43,538 nt of DNA from IMG/VR virus record IMGVR_UViG_3300045988_001646, positions 1 to 43,538 of that record; one strand, written 5' to 3'. The position numbers were made by a program, and so were the translations under genes. The notes under the pieces were generated by a model. The model made no database searches. It saw only the letters and a list, made by a program, of their open reading frames with translations, and had not been told where the DNA came from. The DNA is from a virus. Below are positions 33,274 to 41,404 of this stretch, piece by piece (the stretch's first letter is position 1; each line of letters opens with the position of its first letter).

Positions 33274-33723
33274 TCACACCTCCCGTATAGCAAACCCGTA
33301 CCTACTGCGGAACAGCTTTGCTTTCATGGAAAACACCCTATACGCAGCGCTACTCGGATCTTTATACCCCTTCACGTCCTCCACCACCGGCAACCAGTAC
33401 CGCTGGCCGTAGCTGTCAGGAGCCGTTCTGCGCTCGTACACGAAGTCCGCGATGTAGTCGATACTTTTCACCCGGTCACCCTCAAACGTCGTGTACGCCT
33501 CTTGCAAGCAGTACCGCACCTGTAATTTGAGGCCCCGTATCTCCCCGGCCTTTTGCAGCAGCATCAGCGCGTCGTAGCGCTCCGCTTCCTTCTTGCTGTC
33601 GAAGGTCAGCCTGCCGCGCTTGGTCTTCTGCGCCTTGTACTTCCCCGGTTTCCGCATCTTCTCCATGACCTGCTTTTGTGCCGCCGGGGACAGCCGCGCC
33701 AGGTCGTTACTCATCAGGCCCAT
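33274..33723 (-). CDS. DUF1064-type protein (PD-(D/E)XK nuclease-like, putative resolvase)
   Basis: 149 aa. FDSKKEAERYDALMLLQKAGEIRGLKLQ and IDYIADFVY are typical of the family. Confidence 0.65.
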   Translation of the reverse strand: MGLMSNDLARLSPAAQKQVMEKMRKPGKYKAQKTKRGRLTFDSKKEAERYDALMLLQKAGEIRGLKLQVRYCLQEAYTTFEGDRVKSIDYIADFVYERRTAPDSYGQRYWLPVVEDVKGYKDPSSAAYRVFSMKAKLFRSRYGFAIREV

Positions 33724-33922
33724 TCAGTTTCCCTCTTTTCTCCAGCCCTCGTTTGTTCATCGTGTACTGCACCTCATGGACGATGCGCATCTCTCCGCAG
33801 CGTTCGCACGTGCCGCCCAGCGTCCGCCGCCACATGGGGGAGAAGATGTACTCGTCCTCCATGTCCCGGATGCACTGTCCGCACAGCTTCGCCGTGGCAA
33901 TTTCCCAGATGCCCGCGTTCAT
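33707..33922 (-). CDS. Hypothetical Zn-binding small protein
   Basis: 71 aa with CGQC...CERCG. Confidence 0.5.
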   Translation of the reverse strand: MNAGIWEIATAKLCGQCIRDMEDEYIFSPMWRRTLGGTCERCGEMRIVHEVQYTMNKRGLEKRGKLNGPDE

Positions 33923-34548
33923 GGCTTCGCCCCCTTGATGTACTTGCCCATCCAGGCATCACGTGCACCGTCGGTTTTGCCGACAGGTGCAGCAGAGGCA
34001 TGTCCCCATCGTTCCCACTTCTCAGCATTTCGGCAAGCCGCTTTCCAGTCTTTCATGGGGGTCTTGCCAACCATCCAGCCTTTCGCTTCGTAGAAGTCGA
34101 TAAAGCCCTGCGGGTCTACCGCCGAATGGCGTTCAGCCACGTAGGACTGAACCTCTGCCAGTGTGGGTGGGGTAAAGCGCTTCGCGCGCGTGCTCCCACC
34201 GTCAGGTGGGAATAAGTCTTTGTCTTTGTCTTTGTCTTCTTTCTTTGTCTTAGTAGGCTTTGGGTCATTTGCGTTTGCTTCGGTTTGCTTGATTTTGCTT
34301 GCGCTTGCTTGAGTTTGCTTTCCGCCTTTCGCCCCGTTCCTTGACCGTTCAGCAGAAAGCTCATCGTCCCTGTCCAGCATCGTCCGGAACACCGGAAACA
34401 GTATGCTTTCCGCGCCCTCCAACTCCGGCGGGATACCAGTTCTCGCGTACTTCAGAATGGCAATAAAAAGACGACCTCGCTCTGCATCGGACAGCGCCGC
34501 TGTCTGCTCTATCCAGTCATAGTAGGCTTTCACGTAGCACTTGCCCAT
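33919..34548 (-). CDS. Putative replication/organiser protein (DUF6291-like N-terminus, conserved phage C-terminal domain)
   Basis: 209 aa from the ATG at 34548. Motifs YYDWIEQTAALSDAERGRLFIAILKYARTG and FIDFYEAKGWMVGKTPMKDWKAACRNAEKW. Confidence 0.55.
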   Translation of the reverse strand: MGKCYVKAYYDWIEQTAALSDAERGRLFIAILKYARTGIPPELEGAESILFPVFRTMLDRDDELSAERSRNGAKGGKQTQASASKIKQTEANANDPKPTKTKKEDKDKDKDLFPPDGGSTRAKRFTPPTLAEVQSYVAERHSAVDPQGFIDFYEAKGWMVGKTPMKDWKAACRNAEKWERWGHASAAPVGKTDGARDAWMGKYIKGAKP

Positions 34549-34553
34549 CGGCC

Positions 34554-34868
34554 TCACTCCTTCGGCATCACGCCTATGACGTACACCCCGCGATCCTTGT
34601 CCAACCACACATCGCCTGTGTAGTTCTCCAGTGCCTTACTCACAAGGTCAGCGGGTACCTCCAGATGCCAGCCCCACAGCGTGTCGCAGTCCTCCCGTTT
34701 CTCTCCGAAGGTAATGGCACAGGCCACATAGTGCGCCGTGATGGCCTTCCTGTAGTCCTGCACGGCACCGGTCAGCTCTAACAGGTGCTGCCGCTGCCGC
34801 TGCACCACGTTCTGCAAATGCGTGTTCTGCCGCCGCAATGCCTTGATCTCTTCCTGCATCTTGCCCAT
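34554..34868 (-). CDS. Hypothetical protein
   Basis: 104-aa ORF. Confidence 0.55.
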   Translation of the reverse strand: MGKMQEEIKALRRQNTHLQNVVQRQRQHLLELTGAVQDYRKAITAHYVACAITFGEKREDCDTLWGWHLEVPADLVSKALENYTGDVWLDKDRGVYVIGVMPKE

Positions 34869-34881
34869 TCACGTCACCCCC

Positions 34882-35280
34882 TTAGAAAGGCAGATCTGAC
34901 ATGTCGTCCTCGTCCATCTCCACGAACTGGCTCTTGCCGCCCGTCCGGGGAGGCATGCCCTGCGCGTCCTCGTTCTTGCCGCAAAAGTGGACACGATCGA
35001 CTGTCATCTCCGTCACACTGCGCCGGTTGCCGTCCCTGTCGTCGTATTCGCGGGTAGACAGTCTGCCCTCTACCGCCAGTTCCTTGCCCTTGCGGAAGTA
35101 TTTGCAGATCATCTCTGCCGTGCCCTGCCACGCCACGCAGTTCAGAAACAGCTTTGTCTCCCGGTCTTTCACCGTCTCGCTCCACGCCACGCGGAAGCTG
35201 CACACCGCCGTACCGTTGTTGGTTCTCCGCATCTCAGGATCCGCACAGAGCCGTCCCTGCAAAATCGTTCTGTTTATCAT
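34882..35280 (-). CDS. ssb: Single-stranded DNA-binding protein
   Basis: 132 aa. OB-fold SSB sequence (ILQGRLCADPEMRRTNNGTAVCSFRVAW) and an acidic tail ending DDMSDLPF. Confidence 0.9.
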   Translation of the reverse strand: MINRTILQGRLCADPEMRRTNNGTAVCSFRVAWSETVKDRETKLFLNCVAWQGTAEMICKYFRKGKELAVEGRLSTREYDDRDGNRRSVTEMTVDRVHFCGKNEDAQGMPPRTGGKSQFVEMDEDDMSDLPF

Positions 35281-35291
35281 GTCAAATCTCC

Positions 35292-35570
35292 TTACAAATA
35301 TGATTTCCCAAATTCTCTGCGGAAGTCATCTTCCGTCCAGCCCTGCTCCTGCATGGCCTTTACCTGTCCAAAACGGTGAAGCTTCAACATTGTCTCTGCA
35401 TTGTTGTGAACTGCCTTTTCACCAAAGATGTGGCATTTGTTGTGGCACAAATACACCACCAGGCCGTACTTCTCGCTTTTCCCGCGGTTATAAGCTCCAA
35501 AAATGTGGTGTCTGTCCAGCGGATCTGTCGCACCGTTAGCACCACAGCGCCAGCATCTCTTACCCTCCAT
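35292..35570 (-). CDS. HNH-motif/zinc-binding protein (putative nuclease)
   Basis: 92 aa. Contains CWRCG, LDRHHIFG and LCHNKCH. Confidence 0.5.
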   Translation of the reverse strand: MEGKRCWRCGANGATDPLDRHHIFGAYNRGKSEKYGLVVYLCHNKCHIFGEKAVHNNAETMLKLHRFGQVKAMQEQGWTEDDFRREFGKSYL

Positions 35571-35775
35571 GCGCTTCCTCCGTCCCGTCCCACTCGTATT
35601 CCGGGCAGCTGTGAATGGCGTAGCTGTGCATGATGCCCGCCTTGCGTCCTCCCTTTCTCTTCACCGTAGGAGTAGCGTCCCATCCGGGAACCGGCTCCGG
35701 GTCTTTCATCGACCAGCTGCAGCCGCCATAGCACTTCCTGCACGTCCAGCAGGGCTGTATGTGCAGCTTGTTCAT
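35560..35775 (-). CDS. Hypothetical Cys-rich protein
   Basis: 71 aa from the ATG at 35775 (ATGA overlap, GGAGAGGTGA RBS). Confidence 0.5.
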   Translation of the reverse strand: MNKLHIQPCWTCRKCYGGCSWSMKDPEPVPGWDATPTVKRKGGRKAGIMHSYAIHSCPEYEWDGTEEAHGG

Positions 35776-36311
35776 GTACTCACCTCTCCCCACCGGCTCA
35801 CCAGCGCGTCCAGCTCTGCCGGAGTCATCGTCTCAATACCTACCGCCTTACAGTCCTCCACAATGGCGTCTATCAGCCGCGACATCTGCTCCGTGTCGTA
35901 GGTGCTGCTTCCGTACCATACCGTCACGTTCACGCAGCCCTTTAGCTTGCTTGCGCCCTTGTCGGCCATCCAGCCCAGACCGTTACGCTCCCAGCCCTTA
36001 CAAAACGCATCCGCCGCCTTTTCCCGCAGGCAAAGCACCTCGCTCACGCCGCCGATGTTCCGTATCTCCTGCCGGTACACCTCTTGCTTGGAGATGCCGT
36101 AGTGTGCCGCCAGCCTGTCCAGCAGCACCCAGCAATAGGCATTGGCGTCCAGGCTCCGGCCTTTGCCCTTGATGGTCACGTTGTACTCCTTGCCGGGCTT
36201 CATGGCGTCGCACACGTCCATAGCGGTCTGCGGCGACTTCACACGCAGCGCCAGCCACGCGCCATCACTGTCCTGCTGCCACCGTGCGCCATCGACTGTC
36301 ACCTGCTGCAT
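35772..36311 (-). CDS. NinB/Orf-family recombination mediator
   Basis: 179 aa. RSLDANAYCWVLL and the C-terminal SSTYDTEQMSRLID region parallel lambda Orf (RSLDQNRKLWACL...STSRM). Confidence 0.6.
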   Translation of the reverse strand: MQQVTVDGARWQQDSDGAWLALRVKSPQTAMDVCDAMKPGKEYNVTIKGKGRSLDANAYCWVLLDRLAAHYGISKQEVYRQEIRNIGGVSEVLCLREKAADAFCKGWERNGLGWMADKGASKLKGCVNVTVWYGSSTYDTEQMSRLIDAIVEDCKAVGIETMTPAELDALVSRWGEVST

Positions 36312-36312
36312 A

Positions 36313-36912
36313 TTACTTCTCCTTCTTCATCGCGGCCTTAATGCACTTGGCACACAGCGTCCTGCCCAGCCGCCCGGAGCTGTACTTGGCAATGTCCGCG
36401 CTGTCCCAGATGGTGCCGTCTCGCTTTGTAGTGGCGGTGATAGGCAATCCGCAGTCCTGGCAGTAAATGACCTCCATTGTGCCATTTTTTACAGGCTTCT
36501 GCTCCTGCCGCTTTGCCTCGTCCGTGTCCGCGTCCTTCGTGTCGTCGATGCAGAACAGGCCGTTCAGCGCGTACTTCCTGGCGTAGCTGGATGCCATGCC
36601 GGTGATCTGGCTGTCATCCATGCCCTTCTTGTCCTGCGGCTCTCTGGCGTATGCGTCCGCTTCCACAACACCGTCGCTCTCCTGATCGGCAAGCGTGGCC
36701 GTAGCAACAACGTAAAACCGACCGGAAATCTCACGAACCGTGTCATTCAAAATAAGCGTGGCATTGTTCTTGATGCACAGCGGCTTTACCGCCTCCAGAA
36801 TGTCCTCGCAACTGCGGTAATTGTACTTAGCAAAGCTGTTGTACTGCCCCTTTGGTGCCTTCAGCTCCCGTTGGATCGCCGCCAGCTTTCCGTATATGTT
36901 CAGTCCCATCAC
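36313..36912 (-). CDS. ERF-family single-strand annealing protein
   Basis: 199 aa. NSFAKYNYRSCEDILEAVKPL and ASSYARKYALNGLFCI are typical of ERF. C-terminal Zn ribbon. Confidence 0.75.
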   Translation of the reverse strand: MMGLNIYGKLAAIQRELKAPKGQYNSFAKYNYRSCEDILEAVKPLCIKNNATLILNDTVREISGRFYVVATATLADQESDGVVEADAYAREPQDKKGMDDSQITGMASSYARKYALNGLFCIDDTKDADTDEAKRQEQKPVKNGTMEVIYCQDCGLPITATTKRDGTIWDSADIAKYSSGRLGRTLCAKCIKAAMKKEK

Positions 36913-37400
36913 TTCACCCCCATGTTCATCCGCTCGGCGATCTCCGCACCGTCCACCGCAACACCGGCTTTCAGCAGCGGGGCAATGTCGCTCTTGGCCA
37001 CCGTGGGCGAGGTATACGTCACCTTGCCGTCATAGCCGTTGTCCATGCACCACCGCACCAGCTCCTCCATGTTGGTTATCTCCACCGCCGTACTCTTGCG
37101 GTAGGTAACGGAACACTTCGCCGTCTGGAAGGGGTGCCCGTCCAGCGCCCGGTCAACGTAGTCCCGCAGCCTGTCACGCTTGCGCTCCATCGTGCGGCGG
37201 CGCTCCGCCAATTCCTTTTCCTCGTCCCTGATGGCCTTTGCCTCCGCGTCCAGGCTCTTGGACCAGCACACCATGTTCTCGATCTTGTGCTCCCTGTCCA
37301 TCTGCAGCTGCTCAAAAGCATCGTAGTCCAGCAGCTCCCCAGTCTCCGGGTCGATCAGTGCCTCCAGCGCCTGGTCAATGTGATACAAACTCAAGCTCAT
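36909..37400 (-). CDS. Gp157-family protein
   Basis: 163 aa from the ATG at 37400. LIDPETGELLDYDAFEQLQMDREHKIEN is typical of the siphovirus Gp157 family. Confidence 0.6.
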   Translation of the reverse strand: MSLSLYHIDQALEALIDPETGELLDYDAFEQLQMDREHKIENMVCWSKSLDAEAKAIRDEEKELAERRRTMERKRDRLRDYVDRALDGHPFQTAKCSVTYRKSTAVEITNMEELVRWCMDNGYDGKVTYTSPTVAKSDIAPLLKAGVAVDGAEIAERMNMGVK

Positions 37401-37567
37401 TTCTTTTCCTCCCATGCGTCCACCGTTCGGATGCAGCCATCGCACCCAACGGTCTCGCCGTAAATATTCTTGTACAGGGTATCTGTTTCCTCGCCGCACA
37501 CCGGGCATCGCGGCACCTTGTAGGGCTTCGGCTCCACCCGCGGCTCCTTGTAGTCAAACACGCTCAT
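37397..37567 (-). CDS. Small Zn-ribbon protein
   Basis: 56 aa starting MSVFDYKEPR, with CPVCG...CDGC. Confidence 0.45.
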   Translation of the reverse strand: MSVFDYKEPRVEPKPYKVPRCPVCGEETDTLYKNIYGETVGCDGCIRTVDAWEEKK

Positions 37568-38082
37568 ACCGGCCTCCCAGCCGCTTTCAGCACTTCCCGC
37601 ATAGGCTTCCGCGCCTTGAGGATAGACATAGCCCGCGCCGTCTCCCGCCTGTATTGCCGCCACAGGTCGCTCAGCTCGTCACTCTGGTAGTACCCGTCCC
37701 CGTCGTTGCAGATCATCAAGCCCTGCTTCTTTGCCTCGGCCACGGCCTTTCGCATCTTCCGGTCCGTGGTGTGCAGCGCCGCCGCCAGGTCTTCCCGGCT
37801 GATGGCGTTCCTGCGCCCCTTGGGGATCAGACAGGCGAGCCGCTCTGTCTCCGCCGTCCGCATAGGCAATTTGGCTTTCTCGTCCTCGCCGAACAGATAC
37901 GCCCTGCTGGCACGCAGCGCCGCCTCCAGCGCCTCGGTGACTTCCTCCGTGGGTAGACACACGCCGTTTTCAAACCGGCTCACCATGCTCACGTCCATCC
38001 GTGGGTCTGCCAGCTTTATAATGCCGCTGACCGCCTCCTGCGTCAGCCCCAGCTCCAACCGCCGTTCCTTCAGTCGGTTCAT
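37564..38082 (-). CDS. HTH (XRE-type) DNA-binding protein with a C-terminal domain
   Basis: 172 aa starting MNRLKERRLELGLTQEAVS. Confidence 0.7.
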   Translation of the reverse strand: MNRLKERRLELGLTQEAVSGIIKLADPRMDVSMVSRFENGVCLPTEEVTEALEAALRASRAYLFGEDEKAKLPMRTAETERLACLIPKGRRNAISREDLAAALHTTDRKMRKAVAEAKKQGLMICNDGDGYYQSDELSDLWRQYRRETARAMSILKARKPMREVLKAAGRPV

Positions 38083-38306
38083 CTCCCATCCCTCTTTCTT
38101 ATCGCCTTTTTGGCGTTTTCGCGCCTTGCGCTGTTCATGCTGTAAAAATCAGCCTCGCTGTACGCTGCGTACCGCTTTGCCTTGTCGGTCTGAACGTCCT
38201 GTAAATACACGGCATAGTCCTCGCACTCCCCGTGGCACCTCGCGTGTCTTCGCTGGCAGCCCTGGCAGGGCGGAGCCGTCCGGTTCACCAGTCCGATCAT
38301 TCCCAC
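38079..38306 (-). CDS. Hypothetical Cys-rich protein
   Basis: 75-aa ORF with CQGCQRRHARCHGEC. Confidence 0.5.
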   Translation of the reverse strand: MGMIGLVNRTAPPCQGCQRRHARCHGECEDYAVYLQDVQTDKAKRYAAYSEADFYSMNSARRENAKKAIRKRDGR

Positions 38307-38779
38307 TTCACCATCGCTTTCACCACACCGGCCTGCGCCGCGTCCTCGTGGCTCATCAGCACGTCCACCGTGTAGCCGTACACCCCGGTATCGGCTGCTA
38401 TGTAAGTCTTACCGCCCAGCGTCACGGTGCTGCCCAGCGGGATGATGTCCGGGTCTACCGCCACGGCCTCGCCGATGTCCACCCACAGGCCGGATGCCGT
38501 CAGCACCTTGCCGTCCCGCTGGTTCATGTGGGCGTAGGGTGTGCAGCACGCACAATACCCGGTGATGTCACATACCAGCACGTTCTCCGGCTCCGCGATC
38601 TCCGCCGTGGGCGGTGACTGCACCACGTCCTCCTGCACCGGCGGCAGCGTCAGGCACCACGCCACCAGCACCAGCAGCATCACCCACAGGACGATTGCCA
38701 CCGCCCACAGCCGTCTGCACCATCGCCTGGTGCGGCACATCCGGGAGTATTCCCGCGCCCGCCTGTTCCGCTCTCTCAT
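38297..38779 (-). CDS. Membrane-anchored 3D-domain protein (MltA/RlpA-like fold)
   Basis: 160 aa from the ATG at 38779. One TM segment. Contains GYCACC and AVAVDPDIIPLGSTVTLGGKTYIAADTGVYGYTVDV. Confidence 0.75.
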   Translation of the reverse strand: MRERNRRAREYSRMCRTRRWCRRLWAVAIVLWVMLLVLVAWCLTLPPVQEDVVQSPPTAEIAEPENVLVCDITGYCACCTPYAHMNQRDGKVLTASGLWVDIGEAVAVDPDIIPLGSTVTLGGKTYIAADTGVYGYTVDVLMSHEDAAQAGVVKAMVKWE

Positions 38780-38865
38780 CGCCCCAGCGCCTCCACGCCC
38801 TTGACGATAGCCCAGCTCAGCCACGCCGCGCCGATAAACGCCAGCGTCCATGCAAACCAACTCAT
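38776..38865 (-). CDS. 29-aa hydrophobic peptide (below the ORF-track length cut-off)
   Basis: MSWFAWTLAFIGAAWLSWAIVKGVEALGR. ATGA overlaps at both ends couple it to the flanking genes. Confidence 0.45.
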   Translation of the reverse strand: MSWFAWTLAFIGAAWLSWAIVKGVEALGR

Positions 38866-39071
38866 TCCTCCACCGTCCTTTCCGCGATCCATGTGTCCAG
38901 CTGCTTCTTGAAGATCTGGAACACAGGGCTTCGCTCCATCTCGATCACGATCCCAAAGGGATACACACCCTGCCGGATGCCCTGCCGCAGCGTATCCGGC
39001 GATATGCTCAACCCACGATCCCGCAGGTACTGCGCCGCGTCCTGCGGCGTCAGCGTCGCGATCCTGCTCAT
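38862..39071 (-). CDS. Excisionase/HTH_17-like DNA-binding protein
   Basis: 69 aa from the ATG at 39071. MSRIATLTPQDAAQYLRDRGLSISPDTLRQGIRQG. Confidence 0.6.
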   Translation of the reverse strand: MSRIATLTPQDAAQYLRDRGLSISPDTLRQGIRQGVYPFGIVIEMERSPVFQIFKKQLDTWIAERTVEE

Positions 39072-39262
39072 TTCTTTCTCCTCTCGATAATGGCATCCAG
39101 CGCGTTCTCCATCCGCTTCTGGATGTCTTTCGGCTTCTTTACGCCGTTCAGGATCTGGCACACATACGCCTTTCCGACCCCCAGCTCCGCGCCCAGGTCG
39201 GAATAGGTGATGCGGTTGTTGTGCATCCTCCCAATCAGTCGTCCCGTCCATGCTTCCGGCAT
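39068..39262 (-). CDS. Cro-like HTH protein (first gene of the leftward early operon)
   Basis: 64 aa. AAAGGAGAAAAG RBS. ITYSDLGAELGVGKAYVCQILNG. Confidence 0.7.
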   Translation of the reverse strand: MPEAWTGRLIGRMHNNRITYSDLGAELGVGKAYVCQILNGVKKPKDIQKRMENALDAIIERRKK

Positions 39263-39281
39263 TTCTTTTCTCCTTTCAAAA

Positions 39282-39317
39282 TTTATAGTTGCAAAAGTTT
39301 ACTTTTCGTGATACCAT
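39282..39317. promoter_or_regulatory. Divergent switch region with a candidate rightward promoter and palindromic operator
   Basis: Plus strand: TTGCAA (39289-39294), 17 nt, TGA-TACCAT (39312-39317). Palindrome AAAAGT-TT-ACTTTT (39293-39306) lies in the spacer. Minus strand: TATAAA at 39287-39282. Confidence 0.45.
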
Positions 39318-39351
39318 AAAGTTGCCAAACATCATGCATCACGAGGGTCTT

Positions 39352-39636
39352 ATGAATGAACTTAAAGTTTTGCGTGCGTTGAAACGAAACGGCGGAGAAA
39401 TGTCTTACTCTCGGCTTCTGTCTCTCCGCAAGGGGAAACTACTCCAAATACAGGGCATTTTGTTCCGCCTCAAGTCCTCCGGCTGTGTAAAGGGAGAACT
39501 TGACGGGGACTTGACCGTTTCGCTAACGCCTGCCGGTTACGCCAGATACGATGACCTGCTCCATATATTCCTGATGGAGCTGGTCGCTGTGGCTACCTTA
39601 GTAGTATCCGTAACAGTGCCGCTACTTGTGCGATAA
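39352..39636 (+). CDS. Small winged-helix-like protein with a C-terminal TM segment
   Basis: 94 aa from the ATG at 39352 (GAGGG RBS). Starts MNELKVLRALKRNGGEMSYSRLL and has a hydrophobic tail LMELVAVATLVVSVTVPLLV. Confidence 0.5.
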   Translation: MNELKVLRALKRNGGEMSYSRLLSLRKGKLLQIQGILFRLKSSGCVKGELDGDLTVSLTPAGYARYDDLLHIFLMELVAVATLVVSVTVPLLVR

Positions 39637-39870
39637 GCGTTGCAATCGCAATGCCGTCCATCACACGCCGTTTTCTTCGTCTTTGCTTCGCCTCCCACTT
39701 CTCAAATTCTGCGTATTCAAGCTCTGTCACTCCACCACCCCCTCTCGCGGGATTGCGTAACTAAATTAACTAACGAAACTATAATATTGCAAATATATGC
39801 AACTGTCAAGCGTGTTACGTTACAAAAATTAACTTTAGCGTTTTGTCCAAATTTCTTGGAGGTGATTTGT

Positions 39871-40434
39871 GTGTTTTTCCAAAACTATCTGCGTCTTTGT
39901 AATAAGCATGAAATATCCCCGTCAGCCGCCGCGATTGAAATGGGTATATCCAAACCAACCGTTACCCGCTGGAAAAAAGGAGGAATACCTAACGACGCAA
40001 CATTGCAACGCATCGCGGACTATTTTTCCGTTCCCGTAAGTTCTCTAACAGAGGCCCCCACCACGCTCATTAAAACGGTCACAGGCGAAAAAGCGCCCGC
40101 CTCCGTTTCCGAAAGCGGGCGTCCCTATGTAGATTTGGATACCAAGATGATCTGGGCTCCGGCTCCTGTCTCCATTCTGGCGGCGCAGTACGATGTGCCG
40201 GCTCCTGTTCTGGCTGAAATCGTCGGTTGCAATACCGACCGGGCCAGCTTCATGATCTTCGGTACGGTGAACCCCACCGATGAGGAGCTGCTGCGCATTG
40301 CTGCAGCCTTTTGCGTTACCCCTGATTCTCTGCGCAAGGGATGGGTGCCCCTGTACGCCAATCAATATGTCGCTGATGACATAGCTCACCGTAAGTCAAA
40401 TCGGATCCCACGACGGGAAGATCCTCAATTTTGA
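39871..40434 (+). CDS. Repressor-type XRE HTH protein (CI candidate)
   Basis: 187 aa from a GTG at 39871 (GGAGGTGA RBS 8 nt upstream). ISPSAAAIEMGISKPTVTRWKKGGIP. No S24 peptidase domain seen. Confidence 0.65.
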   Translation: MFFQNYLRLCNKHEISPSAAAIEMGISKPTVTRWKKGGIPNDATLQRIADYFSVPVSSLTEAPTTLIKTVTGEKAPASVSESGRPYVDLDTKMIWAPAPVSILAAQYDVPAPVLAEIVGCNTDRASFMIFGTVNPTDEELLRIAAAFCVTPDSLRKGWVPLYANQYVADDIAHRKSNRIPRREDPQF

Positions 40435-40600
40435 CCATCCGCGCTTTTTGCGTGTCCCAGTCAGGAAACAGTTGCCGGTTTATTGCATCGTTGATTTTTG
40501 CGTATGCGTGAAATCTTTCGCACTCCGGCAATTCTTTTGCCGCGTCTATTTCCGCCAAATAGCTTTCTTTCGTAAACATCTTGTCCATTTTCTCCCTCAT
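40316..40600 (-). CDS. Hypothetical protein, convergent with the repressor gene and overlapping it
   Basis: 94-aa ORF with an ambiguous start (three ATGs within 24 nt). Its last 119 nt overlap the 3' end of 39871-40434. Confidence 0.4.
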   Translation of the reverse strand: MREKMDKMFTKESYLAEIDAAKELPECERFHAYAKINDAINRQLFPDWDTQKARMVKIEDLPVVGSDLTYGELCHQRHIDWRTGAPIPCAENQG

Positions 40601-40668
40601 TCCTTCGTCAAATCGTCCAATTTCTATCCCATGTTTTATTCAGTTGTACTAAAATCCCCGCCTTACAC

Positions 40669-40696
40669 TTGTAATTTCTTCACCAAGTTATATAAT
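40669..40696 (+). promoter_or_regulatory. Sigma-70-type promoter of the membrane-protein gene
   Basis: TTGTAA (40669-40674), 16 nt, TATAAT (40691-40696). Confidence 0.6.
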
Positions 40697-40719
40697 AGGT
40701 GCCAGAAAGGGGGCATATT

Positions 40720-41157
40720 ATGCAAGATGTATTGGAAATAATTTTGGGTCTGCTTATTACTTGTTTGTTCTATAGCGTGATCCCAATATGCGCCGCCGTG
40801 TTTTGCCATACGCCAATATCTAAAAAGTATTACGGGACAATCTGTATTATCTCAATTGTTGAAGTCGCATTGCTGTTTTCTTTTATTACGGTATATGCTG
40901 GCTTCAGTTGGAAGGCATCCCCTGCGATAATTTGGGGATATGTTTCGTATCGTATCGGCGTGTCCATTCTTGCCAAACACGGGCTGCTGACTTCTGAGCC
41001 CAAAAAGGAAAAAGTAATACCTCCGGCAGAGCAAGTAAAACAGGCACAGCAAGAAACCTATTATATTTGCCCTGGATGCGGAACCCTTGTGCGTACCGGG
41101 GAGGTGTGCGCTTGTGGCTTTCGGAGCGAAGCGCAGACTTCCGAAAAAAACCATTAA
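40720..41157 (+). CDS. Multi-pass membrane protein with a C-terminal Zn ribbon
   Basis: 145 aa. AAGGGGG RBS. Three or four hydrophobic segments. CPGCG...CACG. The ORF ends just after an A7 tract. Confidence 0.65.
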   Translation: MQDVLEIILGLLITCLFYSVIPICAAVFCHTPISKKYYGTICIISIVEVALLFSFITVYAGFSWKASPAIIWGYVSYRIGVSILAKHGLLTSEPKKEKVIPPAEQVKQAQQETYYICPGCGTLVRTGEVCACGFRSEAQTSEKNH

Positions 41158-41395
41158 CATCGTTGTCGCTGTCGTATTTGTTCTATTGATTGTAGCTTCG
41201 TGTTTTGTTGCGTATACCGCAGGGAAAGACGACGGTTACAAGAACGGGAAGATTGACGGCTATAAAAACGGGAAAACAGATGGATACAGGGATGGAAAAG
41301 GCGCCGGCTTTTCTGACGGCTATGATGCCGGTTACGATTATGGCTACACCTCCGGCTATGCCAGCGGAAAGATTGATGCCATATATGGAAGGTAA
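41087..41395 (+). CDS. TM segment plus DGY(K/R)(N/D)GK-repeat ORF, probably the +1-frame continuation of 40720-41157
   Basis: There is no RBS or start near the TM segment. The frame is open from 41087 and overlaps the upstream gene by 71 nt. Three 21-bp repeats lie at 41231-41293. Confidence 0.4.
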   Translation: MCVPGRCALVAFGAKRRLPKKTINIVVAVVFVLLIVASCFVAYTAGKDDGYKNGKIDGYKNGKTDGYRDGKGAGFSDGYDAGYDYGYTSGYASGKIDAIYGR

Positions 41396-41404
41396 TGTAA
41401 GACC

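Noticed and set aside
34200-34340. Simple-sequence repeats (GTCTTT)n and TTGCTT-containing repeats
   Set aside because: They are in-frame low-complexity codons for a K/D/E/Q/T-rich linker (KDKDKDKE..., KQTQASASKIKQTEANA) inside the replication-organiser-like gene. There is no evidence for a separate regulatory role.
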